Assembly: GCA_965246875.1 (NCBI GenBank)
Contig: CBDFFU010000003.1
Location: forward strand, 338,771 to 402,770
Direction of reading: 5' to 3'
Length of the DNA stretch: 64,000 bases
DNA from: Alphaproteobacteria bacterium
Lineage (GTDB): Bacteria; Pseudomonadota; Alphaproteobacteria; Micavibrionales; SZUA-601
Position numbers and translations under genes: made by a program. The notes beneath the pieces were generated by a model that did not search any database, was not told where the DNA came from, and saw only the letters and a program-made list of their open reading frames with translations. Position 1 is the first letter of the stretch. Each line of letters opens with the position of its first letter. Below, piece after piece: positions 1 through 9,622 of this stretch.

Positions 1-13
1 AATCAGATATTGC

Positions 14-1039
14 TTACCGGCTCAACCGCCGCAACACATCGTCCAACTGATCCAGATTTTTATAACCGATCGCGATGCGTCCGGCATTTCCTTTGCCGGT
101 TTCGATCTCGACGCTCAAGCCCAACATGTCACTGATCGATTTTTCCAGTGCCAGAATATCCGCCGTTTTCGGGCCGCCGGTTGCTGCTGCATTGTTCACC
201 TGACCAGCTATTTTTCCTGTTACAGTTTTTACACTGGACGGGTGACGGTCACTCCCGCGATATTTATTCGCTTCAATCTGCGCCAGTTTCTCGGCGTCGC
301 GCACCGATAAATTCTGTTTCAAGATCGTGTCGGCCAACGCTTGCGGGTCTTTCGCTTTGATCAACACGCGCGCGTGGCCCGCCGTCAATTTGCCGCTGGT
401 CAGTAAATCCAGCAACGTGCTGTCCAGCGTCAGCATGCGCAAGCTGTTGCTGATATGCGAACGGGATTTACCGATGATCTGCGCCAGATCGTCTTGCGTA
501 TATTGGTATTCATCCAACAAGCGTTGATAGCCTTGCGCTTCGTCAACCGGATTTAAATCTTCGCGCTGCAGGTTTTCAATCAGCGCAATCTGCAGTGCCT
601 GTTCCGGCGTAAAGCTGCGCACGATCACCGGCAGCTCATGCAACGGCACCAGTTGCGCGGCGCGCCAGCGGCGTTCACCCGCAATAATTTCATAGGTTGC
701 GCCATTGTCTGCTGGCATATCCAATGCGCGCACCATCAAGGGCTGCAACACGCCGTGCTGTTTCATGCTTTCCGCTAGCTCGATCAAACTGTCATCGTTA
801 AAGGTGCGGCGCGGTTGAAAACGGCTGGCTTGCAAGGCGGTGATCGGTACACGCAAAACGCCTTGCTGATTATTTTGGGCCTGATTTTTTGGTGTCGCTC
901 CAGTGTTTGCATCGTTATTGTTGACTTTGGCTGTCGTCGCTGCATCACCGGCATAGGCCACATTATATTGCGGCTGTTCGTCATCGCCGAACAAGGCATT
1001 CAACCCACGGCCCAATCGTTTATTATTTTTCTGTTCCAT
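14..1039 (-). CDS. parB: Chromosome partitioning protein ParB
   Basis: 341-aa ORF with N-terminal LGRGLNALF peptide, GERRWRAA ParB-box motif and an HTH region. It lies directly downstream of parA. Confidence 0.95.
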   Translation of the reverse strand: MEQKNNKRLGRGLNALFGDDEQPQYNVAYAGDAATTAKVNNNDANTGATPKNQAQNNQQGVLRVPITALQASRFQPRRTFNDDSLIELAESMKQHGVLQPLMVRALDMPADNGATYEIIAGERRWRAAQLVPLHELPVIVRSFTPEQALQIALIENLQREDLNPVDEAQGYQRLLDEYQYTQDDLAQIIGKSRSHISNSLRMLTLDSTLLDLLTSGKLTAGHARVLIKAKDPQALADTILKQNLSVRDAEKLAQIEANKYRGSDRHPSSVKTVTGKIAGQVNNAAATGGPKTADILALEKSISDMLGLSVEIETGKGNAGRIAIGYKNLDQLDDVLRRLSR

Positions 1040-1051
1040 GGTGATATCCTC

Positions 1052-1951
1052 TTAAGCGATGGCTTTTTCAGGTTGCGCAGCGTGTGGGTTTTCCGGTGCA
1101 ACAAATTGTTTCTCACGTTTCAAAAATTCACCGGCCAATTGCACATAGGCCTGCGCGCCGGTTGATTTCAAATCATAGACCAGCACGGGCAACCCGTAAC
1201 TTGGTGCTTCCGATACACGCACGTTGCGCGGAATCACAGTCTGATACACTTTGTCGCCAAAGAAACTGCGCACATCATCTTCGACCGTGCCGCTCAATGC
1301 ATTGCGCTTGTCGTACATCGTCAGAACGATACCCTGCAATTCCAGCAACGGATTAAAGCTGCGCTTGACGCGCTCGATCGTTTTAATCAGCTGGCTAAGA
1401 CCTTCCAGCGCATAAAATTCCGTTTGCAGCGGCACCAAAATAGCGTCGGACGAAACCAACGCGTTTAATGTCAATAAATTCAAAGAGGGCGGGCAATCCA
1501 ACAGGACGTAATCGATATCCATAGACGATTGATGCAACGCATCACTTAAGCGATATTCGCGACGATCTTCATTGACCAGCTCGATTTCGGCGCCTGACAA
1601 ATGCACGGAACTGGGCGCCACAAACAGACGTGGTACCTTGCAGGATAACATCACCTGTTCGACAGTTTTTTCAGCAAATAGAATATCGTATGAGCCGATA
1701 TCGCGTTGTGTCCGGTCAATCCCCAATCCGGTTGATGCATTGCCTTGTGGGTCGAGGTCAACAATTAAAACGTTTTTACCAACGGCAGCCAAAGCTGTGG
1801 CCAGATTGACCGTTGTGGTGGTTTTACCTACGCCGCCCTTCTGATTGGCGACGGCTACGATCCGGCCCTGAAAAACACGCTGGGCTAAGCCCAAAGGAGA
1901 CGGGGTATCATTCATAATATTTACCGTACTCAAACCGTACTGAGAAGTCAA
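1052..1951 (-). CDS. parA: Chromosome partitioning ATPase ParA/Soj
   Basis: Deviant Walker A motif VANQKGGVGKTTT. The TTG start at 1951 overlaps the rsmG stop (TTGA). An alternative ATG at 1915 is possible. Confidence 0.93.
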   Translation of the reverse strand: MTSQYGLSTVNIMNDTPSPLGLAQRVFQGRIVAVANQKGGVGKTTTTVNLATALAAVGKNVLIVDLDPQGNASTGLGIDRTQRDIGSYDILFAEKTVEQVMLSCKVPRLFVAPSSVHLSGAEIELVNEDRREYRLSDALHQSSMDIDYVLLDCPPSLNLLTLNALVSSDAILVPLQTEFYALEGLSQLIKTIERVKRSFNPLLELQGIVLTMYDKRNALSGTVEDDVRSFFGDKVYQTVIPRNVRVSEAPSYGLPVLVYDLKSTGAQAYVQLAGEFLKREKQFVAPENPHAAQPEKAIA

Positions 1952-2571
1952 AGCTTTTCCAATCGTAAAATTTTTGCTTTTTTATCTGTAACCGATTGAA
2001 ATGTTTCTATTTTATAGGACTTAAGCAGCTGATCAGTAATTTCGGTATCGGCTTGCTCACCTTTGGGGAACAGAAATCGGTTTGAATAAGGACCAGCCCA
2101 ATCCATTAATTGCTGTGTTGTCGCCAAAGCCCGCGCTGTGACCAAATCAAACGTCTGCGCTGGCAATTTTTCAACCCTTTCTGTAATAATGGTTATATTT
2201 TGAAGCCTGGCTACCCGTATGGCTTCGCGCAAGAAAATACATTTGCGCCGGTCGCTCTCGACCAAGGTAAAGGCAACTTGATTATCAGCCAGGATAGATA
2301 GGACAATGGCTGGAAATCCGCCACCACTGCCGATATCCAGAATGCTTTTGGTATGGGATGGAATAAGGGAGAAGAGTTGCGCCGAATCAATAATGTGACG
2401 CCACCAGATATCGGGGATTGTCGCCGGACTGATTAAATTAATCGCTTTTTGCCATTCCAGTGTTAAAGAGACATAGGCCTCCAGTGGCGAGACAACGCGT
2501 TCCAAAAATGTTTCACGTGAAACATTTGGTATTTCTTGCAGGTATTTCAATGACTTGGAATCAATCACCAT
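1948..2571 (-). CDS. rsmG: 16S rRNA (guanine527-N7)-methyltransferase RsmG (GidB)
   Basis: SAM-binding motif DIGSGGGFPAIVL and the alphaproteobacterial NVSRETF N-terminus. The ORF track extends to 2625 (MFHVKHF...), but that extension is just the upstream parS palindrome read as codons. The start is taken at MVIDSK (2571). Confidence 0.88.
   Translation of the reverse strand: MVIDSKSLKYLQEIPNVSRETFLERVVSPLEAYVSLTLEWQKAINLISPATIPDIWWRHIIDSAQLFSLIPSHTKSILDIGSGGGFPAIVLSILADNQVAFTLVESDRRKCIFLREAIRVARLQNITIITERVEKLPAQTFDLVTARALATTQQLMDWAGPYSNRFLFPKGEQADTEITDQLLKSYKIETFQSVTDKKAKILRLEKL
2509..2524. promoter_or_regulatory. parS: parS centromere site 1 (TGTTTCACGTGAAACA), inside rsmG codons VSRET
   Basis: Exact match to the parS consensus TGTTNCACGTGAAACA. 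It is the core of a 22-bp perfect palindrome, AAATGTTTCACGTGAAACATTT. Confidence 0.85.
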
Positions 2572-2604
2572 GAAGCGTTGTGTACCTTTTTGTTCCTGAA
2601 ATCT

Positions 2605-2653
2605 AAAATGTTTCACGTGAAACATTTGCCCTTTTATATATTGATTTCAATAT
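2605..2653. repeat. Composite repeat copy A: parS palindrome + TTGCCCTTTTAT + second palindrome ATATTGA-TT-TCAATAT
   Basis: About 49 bp, near-identical to 2942-2990. The second inverted repeat is at 2638-2653. Confidence 0.8.
2609..2624. promoter_or_regulatory. parS: parS centromere site 2, just upstream of rsmG
   Basis: The identical 22-bp palindrome, about 40 bp upstream of the rsmG start. It may overlap the rsmG-parAB promoter. Confidence 0.85.
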
Positions 2654-2941
2654 GTTACACGAAGTGGCGCATTTGTAAAGCCGCATCCTTGATAAACCAT
2701 GTCTGGTATCATCTCTCCATCACCATCCCAGATTTTGCCATAGTGGAAAAATTGCGCAGCGGCAGTCTTTAGGATCTCGTTACAATCTGATTAAAAAAGT
2801 GGTTCACAAAATATGCTTGATAATATATTGATAGTATAAGTATATATGTATACTGAGAATATCACAGACAAATCACTAGGCGATTTGTGGGATAGCTCCA
2901 GAGAATAATCACACTTTAGTATGCGCAAGAGTTCTTGACTG

Positions 2942-2990
2942 AAAATGTTTCACGTGAAACATTTGCCCTTTTTATATTGAAATTCAATAT
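2942..2990. repeat. Composite repeat copy B: parS palindrome + TTGCCCTTTTTAT + ATATTGA-AAT-TCAATAT
   Basis: Direct repeat of 2605-2653 with two small indels. The second inverted repeat is at 2974-2990. Confidence 0.8.
2946..2961. promoter_or_regulatory. parS: parS centromere site 3, just downstream of the mnmG stop
   Basis: The identical 22-bp palindrome, 35 bp from the mnmG stop codon (2996). Confidence 0.85.
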
Positions 2991-2995
2991 ATTAA

Positions 2996-4894
2996 TTAAG
3001 CGGCGTCCGTCTGTTTTTGCGCCGGTTTACGCACATAGCGCAACAAGGCGGTTAAGGCTGCTGGGGTCACACCGGGGATGCGGCCTGCTGCGCCAAGGGT
3101 GGTGGGTTTAGCCGCCGCCAATTTCAAACGCAATTCGGTCGACAGGCTGCCGATTTGGGTGTAATCCAGATTTTCTGGCAAAACCAAGCCTTCATCTTTG
3201 CGGAAGGCGTGAATATCTGCGTCCTGGCGTTGCAGATAACCGCTATATTGGGCATCGATACTGATTTGCTCAACAATAGCTGGTTCCACTGTGCCAAGCT
3301 CTGGCCAGATCGGGAGCAGCATGTCGAATGTCACATGTGGATAGCTGAGCAGCTCTGCGATCGTCCGGCGTGTACCGTCCTGATTAATCGCAATGCCAAA
3401 TTTCGCCAGATGGTTCGGCGTCGCGTTGAGGCCATGCACCATGTCGTGGGCCTGTTGCAGTTTTGCGGATTTCTCGCCCCATGCGTTTTGACGAGCAATC
3501 CCCACACAACCAATGGCAATTCCTCTATCGGTTAGGCGCTGATCGGCATTGTCGGCGCGTAAGGACAAACGGTACTCGGCACGAGATGTGAACATGCGAT
3601 AAGGCTCTGGTGCGCCGCGGCTGATGAGGTCATCGACTAACACACCCATATAGGCGGTCGCGCGGTCGAGGGTAAAGGTTTCACCTGTGCCGCGTGCATC
3701 CAAAGCCGCATTGACACCAGCGATTACCCCTTGCGCACCCGCTTCTTCATAACCGGTTGTGCCATTAATCTGGCCCGCCAGATACAATCCCGGCACAGCT
3801 TTAACCGCCAACCGGTTATCCAATTCGCGCGGGTCAACATAATCGTACTCGATCGCATAGCCATATTGCTTGACGACCACGTTTTCTAACCCCTTGATGG
3901 AACGGATCAATGCATCCTGCACATCAACGGGCAATGACGTCGAAATGCCATTGGGATAGACTGTATTATCGTCCAGACCTTCCGGTTCCAAAAAAATCTG
4001 GTGACGTTCTTTGTCAGCAAAGCGCACAATTTTGTCCTCAATCGACGGGCAATAGCGTGGCCCGGACGAACTAATCTGCCCGGAATACATTGGTGAACGA
4101 TGCAGATTATCCTTGATAATCTGATGTGTGTGGAGCGTGGTATGCGTAATGTAACAGGAAATTTGTGGTACATCGACAGATGCGTTCAGAAACGAAAACG
4201 GCGTTGGCGGCTTGTCGCCCGGCTGTTCTTCACAGACTGACCAGTCGATGGTCGACCCATCCAGACGCGCCGGTGTTCCGGTTTTCAAGCGTCCCTGCCG
4301 CAAACCGAAGGCCAACAGACTTTCAGCCAGTTTCACGGTTGGGGCTTCACCCACCCGGCCACCCGGTGTTTGCGTTTCGCCTTGGTGAATAATGCCATGT
4401 AGAAATGTGCCGGTCGTCAAGACGACAGCCTTCGCGCTTAACCTATTACCATGTCCATCGACAACACCGACGACGCGGGTCCGACCTTCGGGCCCATTCT
4501 CGATGATGAAGTCATCTGCACCACCACCGGCCAGCGTTAAATTCCCTTGTTGCTTTAATAAATTTTGAATAGCGTTGCGATAGAGCTTCCGGTCAGCTTG
4601 CGCGCGCGGCCCACGGACGGCAGCACCTTTTGAGGCATTCAACATACGAAACTGGATGCCAGCCCGGTCAATCGCCTTGCCCATCAATCCATCCAGCGCA
4701 TCGATCTCACGCACCAGATGTCCCTTGCCCAAGCCGCCAATGGCCGGGTTGCACGACATGACGCCGATCGTTTCAATGTTATGCGTCAATAACAAGGTCT
4801 TGGCGCCTGTCCGCGCAGCTGCAGCTGCGGCTTCGGTGCCAGCATGGCCGCCACCGATGACGATGACGTCGTAAGATTGGGAAGAGTTTATCAT
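2996..4894 (-). CDS. mnmG: tRNA uridine-5-carboxymethylaminomethyl modification enzyme MnmG (GidA)
   Basis: 632 aa with FAD motif [16 protein letters not shown] and [23 protein letters not shown]. Confidence 0.97.
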   Translation of the reverse strand: MINSSQSYDVIVIGGGHAGTEAAAAAARTGAKTLLLTHNIETIGVMSCNPAIGGLGKGHLVREIDALDGLMGKAIDRAGIQFRMLNASKGAAVRGPRAQADRKLYRNAIQNLLKQQGNLTLAGGGADDFIIENGPEGRTRVVGVVDGHGNRLSAKAVVLTTGTFLHGIIHQGETQTPGGRVGEAPTVKLAESLLAFGLRQGRLKTGTPARLDGSTIDWSVCEEQPGDKPPTPFSFLNASVDVPQISCYITHTTLHTHQIIKDNLHRSPMYSGQISSSGPRYCPSIEDKIVRFADKERHQIFLEPEGLDDNTVYPNGISTSLPVDVQDALIRSIKGLENVVVKQYGYAIEYDYVDPRELDNRLAVKAVPGLYLAGQINGTTGYEEAGAQGVIAGVNAALDARGTGETFTLDRATAYMGVLVDDLISRGAPEPYRMFTSRAEYRLSLRADNADQRLTDRGIAIGCVGIARQNAWGEKSAKLQQAHDMVHGLNATPNHLAKFGIAINQDGTRRTIAELLSYPHVTFDMLLPIWPELGTVEPAIVEQISIDAQYSGYLQRQDADIHAFRKDEGLVLPENLDYTQIGSLSTELRLKLAAAKPTTLGAAGRIPGVTPAALTALLRYVRKPAQKQTDAA

Positions 4895-4993
4895 TTAGGG
4901 ACGCTATCACACATAGGCTGATTTTTCCAGAAAATTCGCTTGCTATTTTAACAGAATCCAATACCATGCTACGGATCATAAACAGGAGTGGTC

Positions 4994-5212
4994 ATGGGAA
5001 ATGATTATCGTAAGGCATTAGAACAATTTTATGGTGCTGCTGTTCCGAAATATACGCGTAAACTACAAACAGTGGGTTTAAAGAATGGTCAGCATGTAGC
5101 AACTGATACGCGCAATACCGATCATGCTGCTGGCTTATTCACTCAGAATAAATCGCATGAAAATTCTGATACAATTAAAAAAGTTGGACCTGGCTTCCAC
5201 ATGTCGAGCTAA
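4994..5212 (+). CDS. Small AT-rich orphan protein (72 aa)
   Basis: AGGAG lies 5 nt upstream of the ATG. The ORF fills the otherwise unexplained 320-bp gap between mnmG and mnmE. No recognisable family. Confidence 0.3.
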   Translation: MGNDYRKALEQFYGAAVPKYTRKLQTVGLKNGQHVATDTRNTDHAAGLFTQNKSHENSDTIKKVGPGFHMSS

Positions 5213-5213
5213 T

Positions 5214-6563
5214 TCACTTCCCGATACAAAAATCACGAAAAATGACGTCGAGCAAATCTTCGACATCGATGCGGCCGGTCAGGCGGCCCAAGCTGCGCGC
5301 GGCGATGCGTAAATCTTCGACAACTAATTCAATCGGTGTATGCTCCGGCTGATCCATGCCGCTACGGCAACGCTCTAACGCTTGCGCGGCTTCATGCACA
5401 GTATCACGATGACGCGCGCGCGTGAGGAGTGGTGCGCCGGTGGCGCGTTGTGTTTTCTGTTGCAATTGTGTGGTGATCGCCTGCAACAATTGATCAATCC
5501 CCTCACCTGTTGTTGTGCTGATCACTAACGTCTGTGCATCCGGTGTGATGTTTGCCAGATCCGCTTTGGTTTGCACAACCAGTGTTGAACCATCAATCAA
5601 TGACGCTGTTTCCAAATCGCGTTCTTGTGTGCCATCGAATAAGGCCAACACCAGATCTGCATCGGCCACACGCGCCCGCGCGCGGCGAATGCCCTCCGCT
5701 TCGATGATATCATCCGTCTCACGCAATCCCGCCGTATCAACCAAAATCACGGGTAGTCCGCCTAGGTTCAATGGCACTTCGATAATGTCACGCGTCGTTC
5801 CCGCTTGTGGTGTGACAATGGCAACATCGCGTTTCGCCAGCGCATTGAGCAGACTGGATTTCCCAGCGTTTGGCGCACCAATAATGGGAACAACAAACCC
5901 GTCGCGCAACCGTTCACCCAGACCTTTGTCGTCCAGATGATGCTGCAGGTCTGCAATTAATTGATCTAACTGTGGTGTGATAGCCGCAAAAACATCGGGC
6001 GGCACATCCTCTTCATCGACGAAATCAATATAGGCTTCGGCATAAGCCAGAATACGAATGACCTGATCGCGCCAGCCTTCGTATAAAATATACAGCCCGC
6101 CACCCAGTTGGTTGGCCGCAATTTCCGCTTGCGCATCGGTTTCGGCGGCGACCAGATCGGCAATCGCTTCGGCTTTGGTCAGATCGATTTTTCCATTTAA
6201 ATATGCACGTTTGGAAAATTCACCAGGTTCGGCGTAACGCATATCAGCATTGCTGTCTTTTAAAGCCGTGAGGATTTTTTGAATGACGGCGCGCCCGCCA
6301 TGCAATTGAAATTCCGCAATGTCTTCTCCCGTAAAGGTATTGGGTGCTTTGAAATACAGGCACAACCCCTCGTCCAGCAATTGTCCCGAAACCGGATGAA
6401 ACAATTGCGCGAATTGGGCGAAGCGCGGCGGTGGCAACGGTTTGCGCGTCAATGACGTGATGGCACCGGCCGACCCCGGCCCCGACACGCGGATGATTGC
6501 CAACGTACCACCCGTCGCCGTGGACAGGGCCATGATGGTGTCGTTGGGAATTAATGTCTGCAT
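5214..6563 (-). CDS. mnmE: tRNA modification GTPase MnmE (TrmE)
   Basis: 449 aa with G1 motif GAPNAGKSSLLN, TTRD, DTAG and the C-terminal CIGK. Confidence 0.96.
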   Translation of the reverse strand: MQTLIPNDTIMALSTATGGTLAIIRVSGPGSAGAITSLTRKPLPPPRFAQFAQLFHPVSGQLLDEGLCLYFKAPNTFTGEDIAEFQLHGGRAVIQKILTALKDSNADMRYAEPGEFSKRAYLNGKIDLTKAEAIADLVAAETDAQAEIAANQLGGGLYILYEGWRDQVIRILAYAEAYIDFVDEEDVPPDVFAAITPQLDQLIADLQHHLDDKGLGERLRDGFVVPIIGAPNAGKSSLLNALAKRDVAIVTPQAGTTRDIIEVPLNLGGLPVILVDTAGLRETDDIIEAEGIRRARARVADADLVLALFDGTQERDLETASLIDGSTLVVQTKADLANITPDAQTLVISTTTGEGIDQLLQAITTQLQQKTQRATGAPLLTRARHRDTVHEAAQALERCRSGMDQPEHTPIELVVEDLRIAARSLGRLTGRIDVEDLLDVIFRDFCIGK

Positions 6564-6652
6564 GGGCCGCAGGATAACAGGAAAAAAGCGTTGTGACAGG
6601 CTTGTACAACAGGTGATTTTGAGTTATCCATAATTAAACGAGGAGACTTGGC

Positions 6653-7417
6653 ATGCATGACGAAAACGTTTTTGATGCTAATAGAGACTATGTTTGCACA
6701 CTAAGGCATGCATACGACATGCATCCCGGAACGCCGGACGAAAAACAGCAAGTCAAATTTTTGCGCTGGCAAAGCGCCGTATACTCCATAGCTAATAAAC
6801 AAGAGCAGTTGCTTTCTTCTAGGTGCGATGGGACCGATCACAGTGCTGTCTTGGCTTACAATATTATACGTCAGTCGAAAAATAATTTGCAAATTGCAGC
6901 GTTCGACTTAACGCATACCGCTTATAACACCAAACCTTTGGAAGCTGTTTTAATATCGTTTATTACAGGCAAAGGGGATATCACACTGTTGACAAATGCG
7001 GATAATTTTGAACAATCAAACACAGTCATTGACACGCTCAAGACATATGCGACATCGCATGAATATAATGATCATATTCATATCTACCTGACCGATGAGT
7101 TACCAATGGTTGCTTCACAAAATTTCAACCCTAATCAATCAACACATTCTGGTGCTATCGTTATTGGTGATGATCGTATGTATGCTGCGGAATGTAATTC
7201 ACAAAATCATTATTTATTTTCATTTAATGACGTAGAGAAAAGTGGAAATCTTGCTCTTGCTTTTCAAACGTCTCTTAAAACAGCAACCAAACAAACATTA
7301 GCTAATCCTGAAAAGATTGCTGAACAGCGGCAAAATTTGAAAAAACTTGCAGAGCAAAATTCGATCACTAATCGTTTCAAGAGAATATTTGGCCTTGGAC
7401 AGAAGCTGACCGCTTAA
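6653..7417 (+). CDS. Hypothetical protein, AT-rich orphan
   Basis: 254-aa ORF with a GAGGAG RBS upstream. It has A/T-ending codon bias unlike its neighbours. No motif recognised. Confidence 0.55.
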   Translation: MHDENVFDANRDYVCTLRHAYDMHPGTPDEKQQVKFLRWQSAVYSIANKQEQLLSSRCDGTDHSAVLAYNIIRQSKNNLQIAAFDLTHTAYNTKPLEAVLISFITGKGDITLLTNADNFEQSNTVIDTLKTYATSHEYNDHIHIYLTDELPMVASQNFNPNQSTHSGAIVIGDDRMYAAECNSQNHYLFSFNDVEKSGNLALAFQTSLKTATKQTLANPEKIAEQRQNLKKLAEQNSITNRFKRIFGLGQKLTA

Positions 7418-7423
7418 AGCAAT

Positions 7424-7720
7424 CTACTTCTTTGCTTTCGCCGCACCCGCATTCGCGCGGCTTGATGCGGCGGTCGTCATGATCTTGCCGAAGAAATCCT
7501 GCATGTTCGCCATGCCCTGGCTCATCCCCTGATTCATAAAGGATCCCCACATCTGGGTCATCTTGTCGGGCTCCATCAATTTAAGGTTCTCAAGCGTTTT
7601 GTCGCGCATGATATTCATCATTTCGTCCTGCAACGGTTTGACATCGGGCAACCCCATAAACGTGCGGGCTTCGTCAGGGGTGCAATCGACATTGATGGTC
7701 AGTTTCATGGGTGTATCCAA
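7424..7720 (-). CDS. Small conserved protein, resembles DUF6489 family
   Basis: 98 aa. The N-terminus KLTINVDCTPDEARTFMGLPDVKPLQ resembles small alphaproteobacterial proteins I recall as DUF6489. This is from memory only. Confidence 0.45.
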   Translation of the reverse strand: MDTPMKLTINVDCTPDEARTFMGLPDVKPLQDEMMNIMRDKTLENLKLMEPDKMTQMWGSFMNQGMSQGMANMQDFFGKIMTTAASSRANAGAAKAKK

Positions 7721-7842
7721 TGCGGTTGAATATCTGTTTCAACCCTGATTTTACCGCGCCACAAAAATGTTGCAACCGCGAAGGGAGGCGCTAGACTAAT
7801 AACATTGCTTCACCACATTGTCACCTGCTGTAGGAGACCCTA

Positions 7843-8310
7843 TTGGTTAGCCAATCTGATCCATCTGTGAACATGCACAGCCATTTGTGCGACATGTCGG
7901 CATTGAACGCAACAGACCGGGTTTTTTATCTGTACTTTTTGCAAAAGCAATTGCTGACCAATTTAAAAGAAACCGAAAATCTGGATGAGGACGCTGCCCT
8001 GCAAACGCTTAATGGCCGTCAGGTCTGGCCCGGCGCTTCGATTGCCTACCATCCCTTCGCTGTGGGCATTGGTGCGGCAATTAAACCTGTTACCAACCTG
8101 TCATCTACGCCCCTGGATGTCATACTCAATCCCGCGACAGATTGGTGCAGCGGGCCGTTGACCCGTGATGATTTTGGCTTTGGCGACGAGCCGGTCTCGG
8201 TTGAAGAGGCTTATGAGAGCCATATTTTCAATCTGCACACAGCACAAAACTATGCACAACGCTGGCATAATCCGTTACGCAAGGAATCCAAATCGCTGAA
8301 TATCGGGTAA
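7843..8310 (+). CDS. Hypothetical protein
   Basis: 155-aa ORF with codon usage like the core genes. No family recognised. Confidence 0.45.
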   Translation: MVSQSDPSVNMHSHLCDMSALNATDRVFYLYFLQKQLLTNLKETENLDEDAALQTLNGRQVWPGASIAYHPFAVGIGAAIKPVTNLSSTPLDVILNPATDWCSGPLTRDDFGFGDEPVSVEEAYESHIFNLHTAQNYAQRWHNPLRKESKSLNIG

Positions 8311-8355
8311 TTCTCGGCTTTACTTTACAGGCGTTCTGCAACATATAGAACGCAC

Positions 8356-9465
8356 ATGTTGCAACAGCTTACCCTCTCGCATTTTCGGCATATCGCGGAT
8401 AAACGTTACACTGATTTGGGCGCTATCAATCTGCTGCTGGGTCCCAACGGGGCCGGCAAAACGAATGTCCTGGAAGCGATTTCACTATTGTCACCCGGCA
8501 AGGGCATGCGTGGTGCGACGCCCGCGCTGTGGCGGCAATCCACTGCGGCATTATCGGATGGTTGGGCAATTAATGGGGTGATCCAAGATAGTCTTGACGG
8601 GCTCAGTATAGCGACCGGTTCACCACCCAATGACCCCACGTCCATCAAGCGCGTCGTGTCGATTAACCGCACCGTGCAATCATCGCAACAATCCCTGACC
8701 GATATCTTGGCGGTCATCTGGCTGACGCCGCAAATGGATGGTTTGTTTCTGGCCGACATCGGGGAACGGCGCCGGTTTTTTGACCGACTGATTTATGCGT
8801 TATATCCCGATCATGCGAAATATCTGGCGATCTATGAGAACGGGTTGCGGCAGCGGAACAGATTGCTGAAACAGCAACAGCGCGACGTGTTCTGGTATCG
8901 CGCCTTGCACCACACGATGAGCGGCCCGGCGGTTGCCATTGCCGCCGCGCGCAATGATGTCATCGCGCAATTGAATGGCTGGATGGAGGCAACGGATTTG
9001 AACATGCCCCTGCCCTTGCTCAGCGTCGACGGGCTGGCAGAAAATGCCTTACAAACTGCGCGTGCGACTGATGTGGAAGCGTTGTTACGCGACACCTGGG
9101 ACCGTCAATTGTCAGACGATCTGCAACATGGGTCAACGCAACACGGCCCGCACCGCAGTGATTTCAGTGCGATGTATCGGGCCAAAAATATCGATGCGAA
9201 GTTTTGTTCGACGGGCGAGCAGAAATCATTATTGCTCAGTGTTATCCTCAGCCATGCGGCATGGGTGAAAGATCATGATCGGTCCCGGCCGCTGATTATT
9301 CTGCTGGATGATATCGCGGCGCATTTCGACGAACTCCGGCGGAATTATTTGTATGACTACATGCCGCAACTGCCCGCGCAAATCTGGTTGACGGGAACGG
9401 ACCGGAATGATTTCGAGGGGTTGTTGGCGAGTGCGCAGAGTGATGTGCAGGTGTTGGAGCTATAA
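8356..9465 (+). CDS. recF: DNA replication and repair protein RecF
   Basis: 369 aa with Walker A GPNGAGKTNVLEA, an SMC-like signature STGEQKSLLL, and Walker B ILLDD. Confidence 0.93.
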   Translation: MLQQLTLSHFRHIADKRYTDLGAINLLLGPNGAGKTNVLEAISLLSPGKGMRGATPALWRQSTAALSDGWAINGVIQDSLDGLSIATGSPPNDPTSIKRVVSINRTVQSSQQSLTDILAVIWLTPQMDGLFLADIGERRRFFDRLIYALYPDHAKYLAIYENGLRQRNRLLKQQQRDVFWYRALHHTMSGPAVAIAAARNDVIAQLNGWMEATDLNMPLPLLSVDGLAENALQTARATDVEALLRDTWDRQLSDDLQHGSTQHGPHRSDFSAMYRAKNIDAKFCSTGEQKSLLLSVILSHAAWVKDHDRSRPLIILLDDIAAHFDELRRNYLYDYMPQLPAQIWLTGTDRNDFEGLLASAQSDVQVLEL

Positions 9466-9473
9466 TTGCCGTC

Positions 9474-9520
9474 ATCCTTGAAGGAACCCGTAAGGGTGAC
9501 ATTCAGGATTTCATCTTTTT
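9474..9520 (+). terminator. Possible rho-independent terminator after recF
   Basis: Imperfect hairpin ATCCT(T)GAA...ACCC-GTAA-GGGT...TTCAGGAT followed by TTCATCTTTTT. Confidence 0.35.
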
Positions 9521-9622
9521 ATGTTGAGATGTGTTCCTTTGCGAGGAAGGGGATATCTGCTGCCACGGTAGCCCGCATCACGCTCACGTTGTTTGTTGTC
9601 CGGGATGACGATGTTTTATAAA

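Noticed and set aside
2572-2625. N-terminal extension of the rsmG ORF (MFHVKHFRFQEQKGTQRF...)
   Set aside because: MFHVKH is simply the parS palindrome read as codons. The real start is most likely the internal MVIDSK.
2578-2772. 64-aa plus-strand ORF in the rsmG-mnmG spacer
   Set aside because: It begins inside rsmG, reads through the parS palindrome, and has no RBS and a non-protein-like composition.
2605-2990. Possible CRISPR-like or tandem array, because of the repeated ~49-bp module
   Set aside because: There are only two full copies separated by ~290 bp, and no cas genes. The repeat core is parS.
6624-6632. Isolated DnaA-box-like TTATCCATA in the mnmE/6653 divergent region
   Set aside because: It is a single one-mismatch box with no cluster, which is expected by chance.
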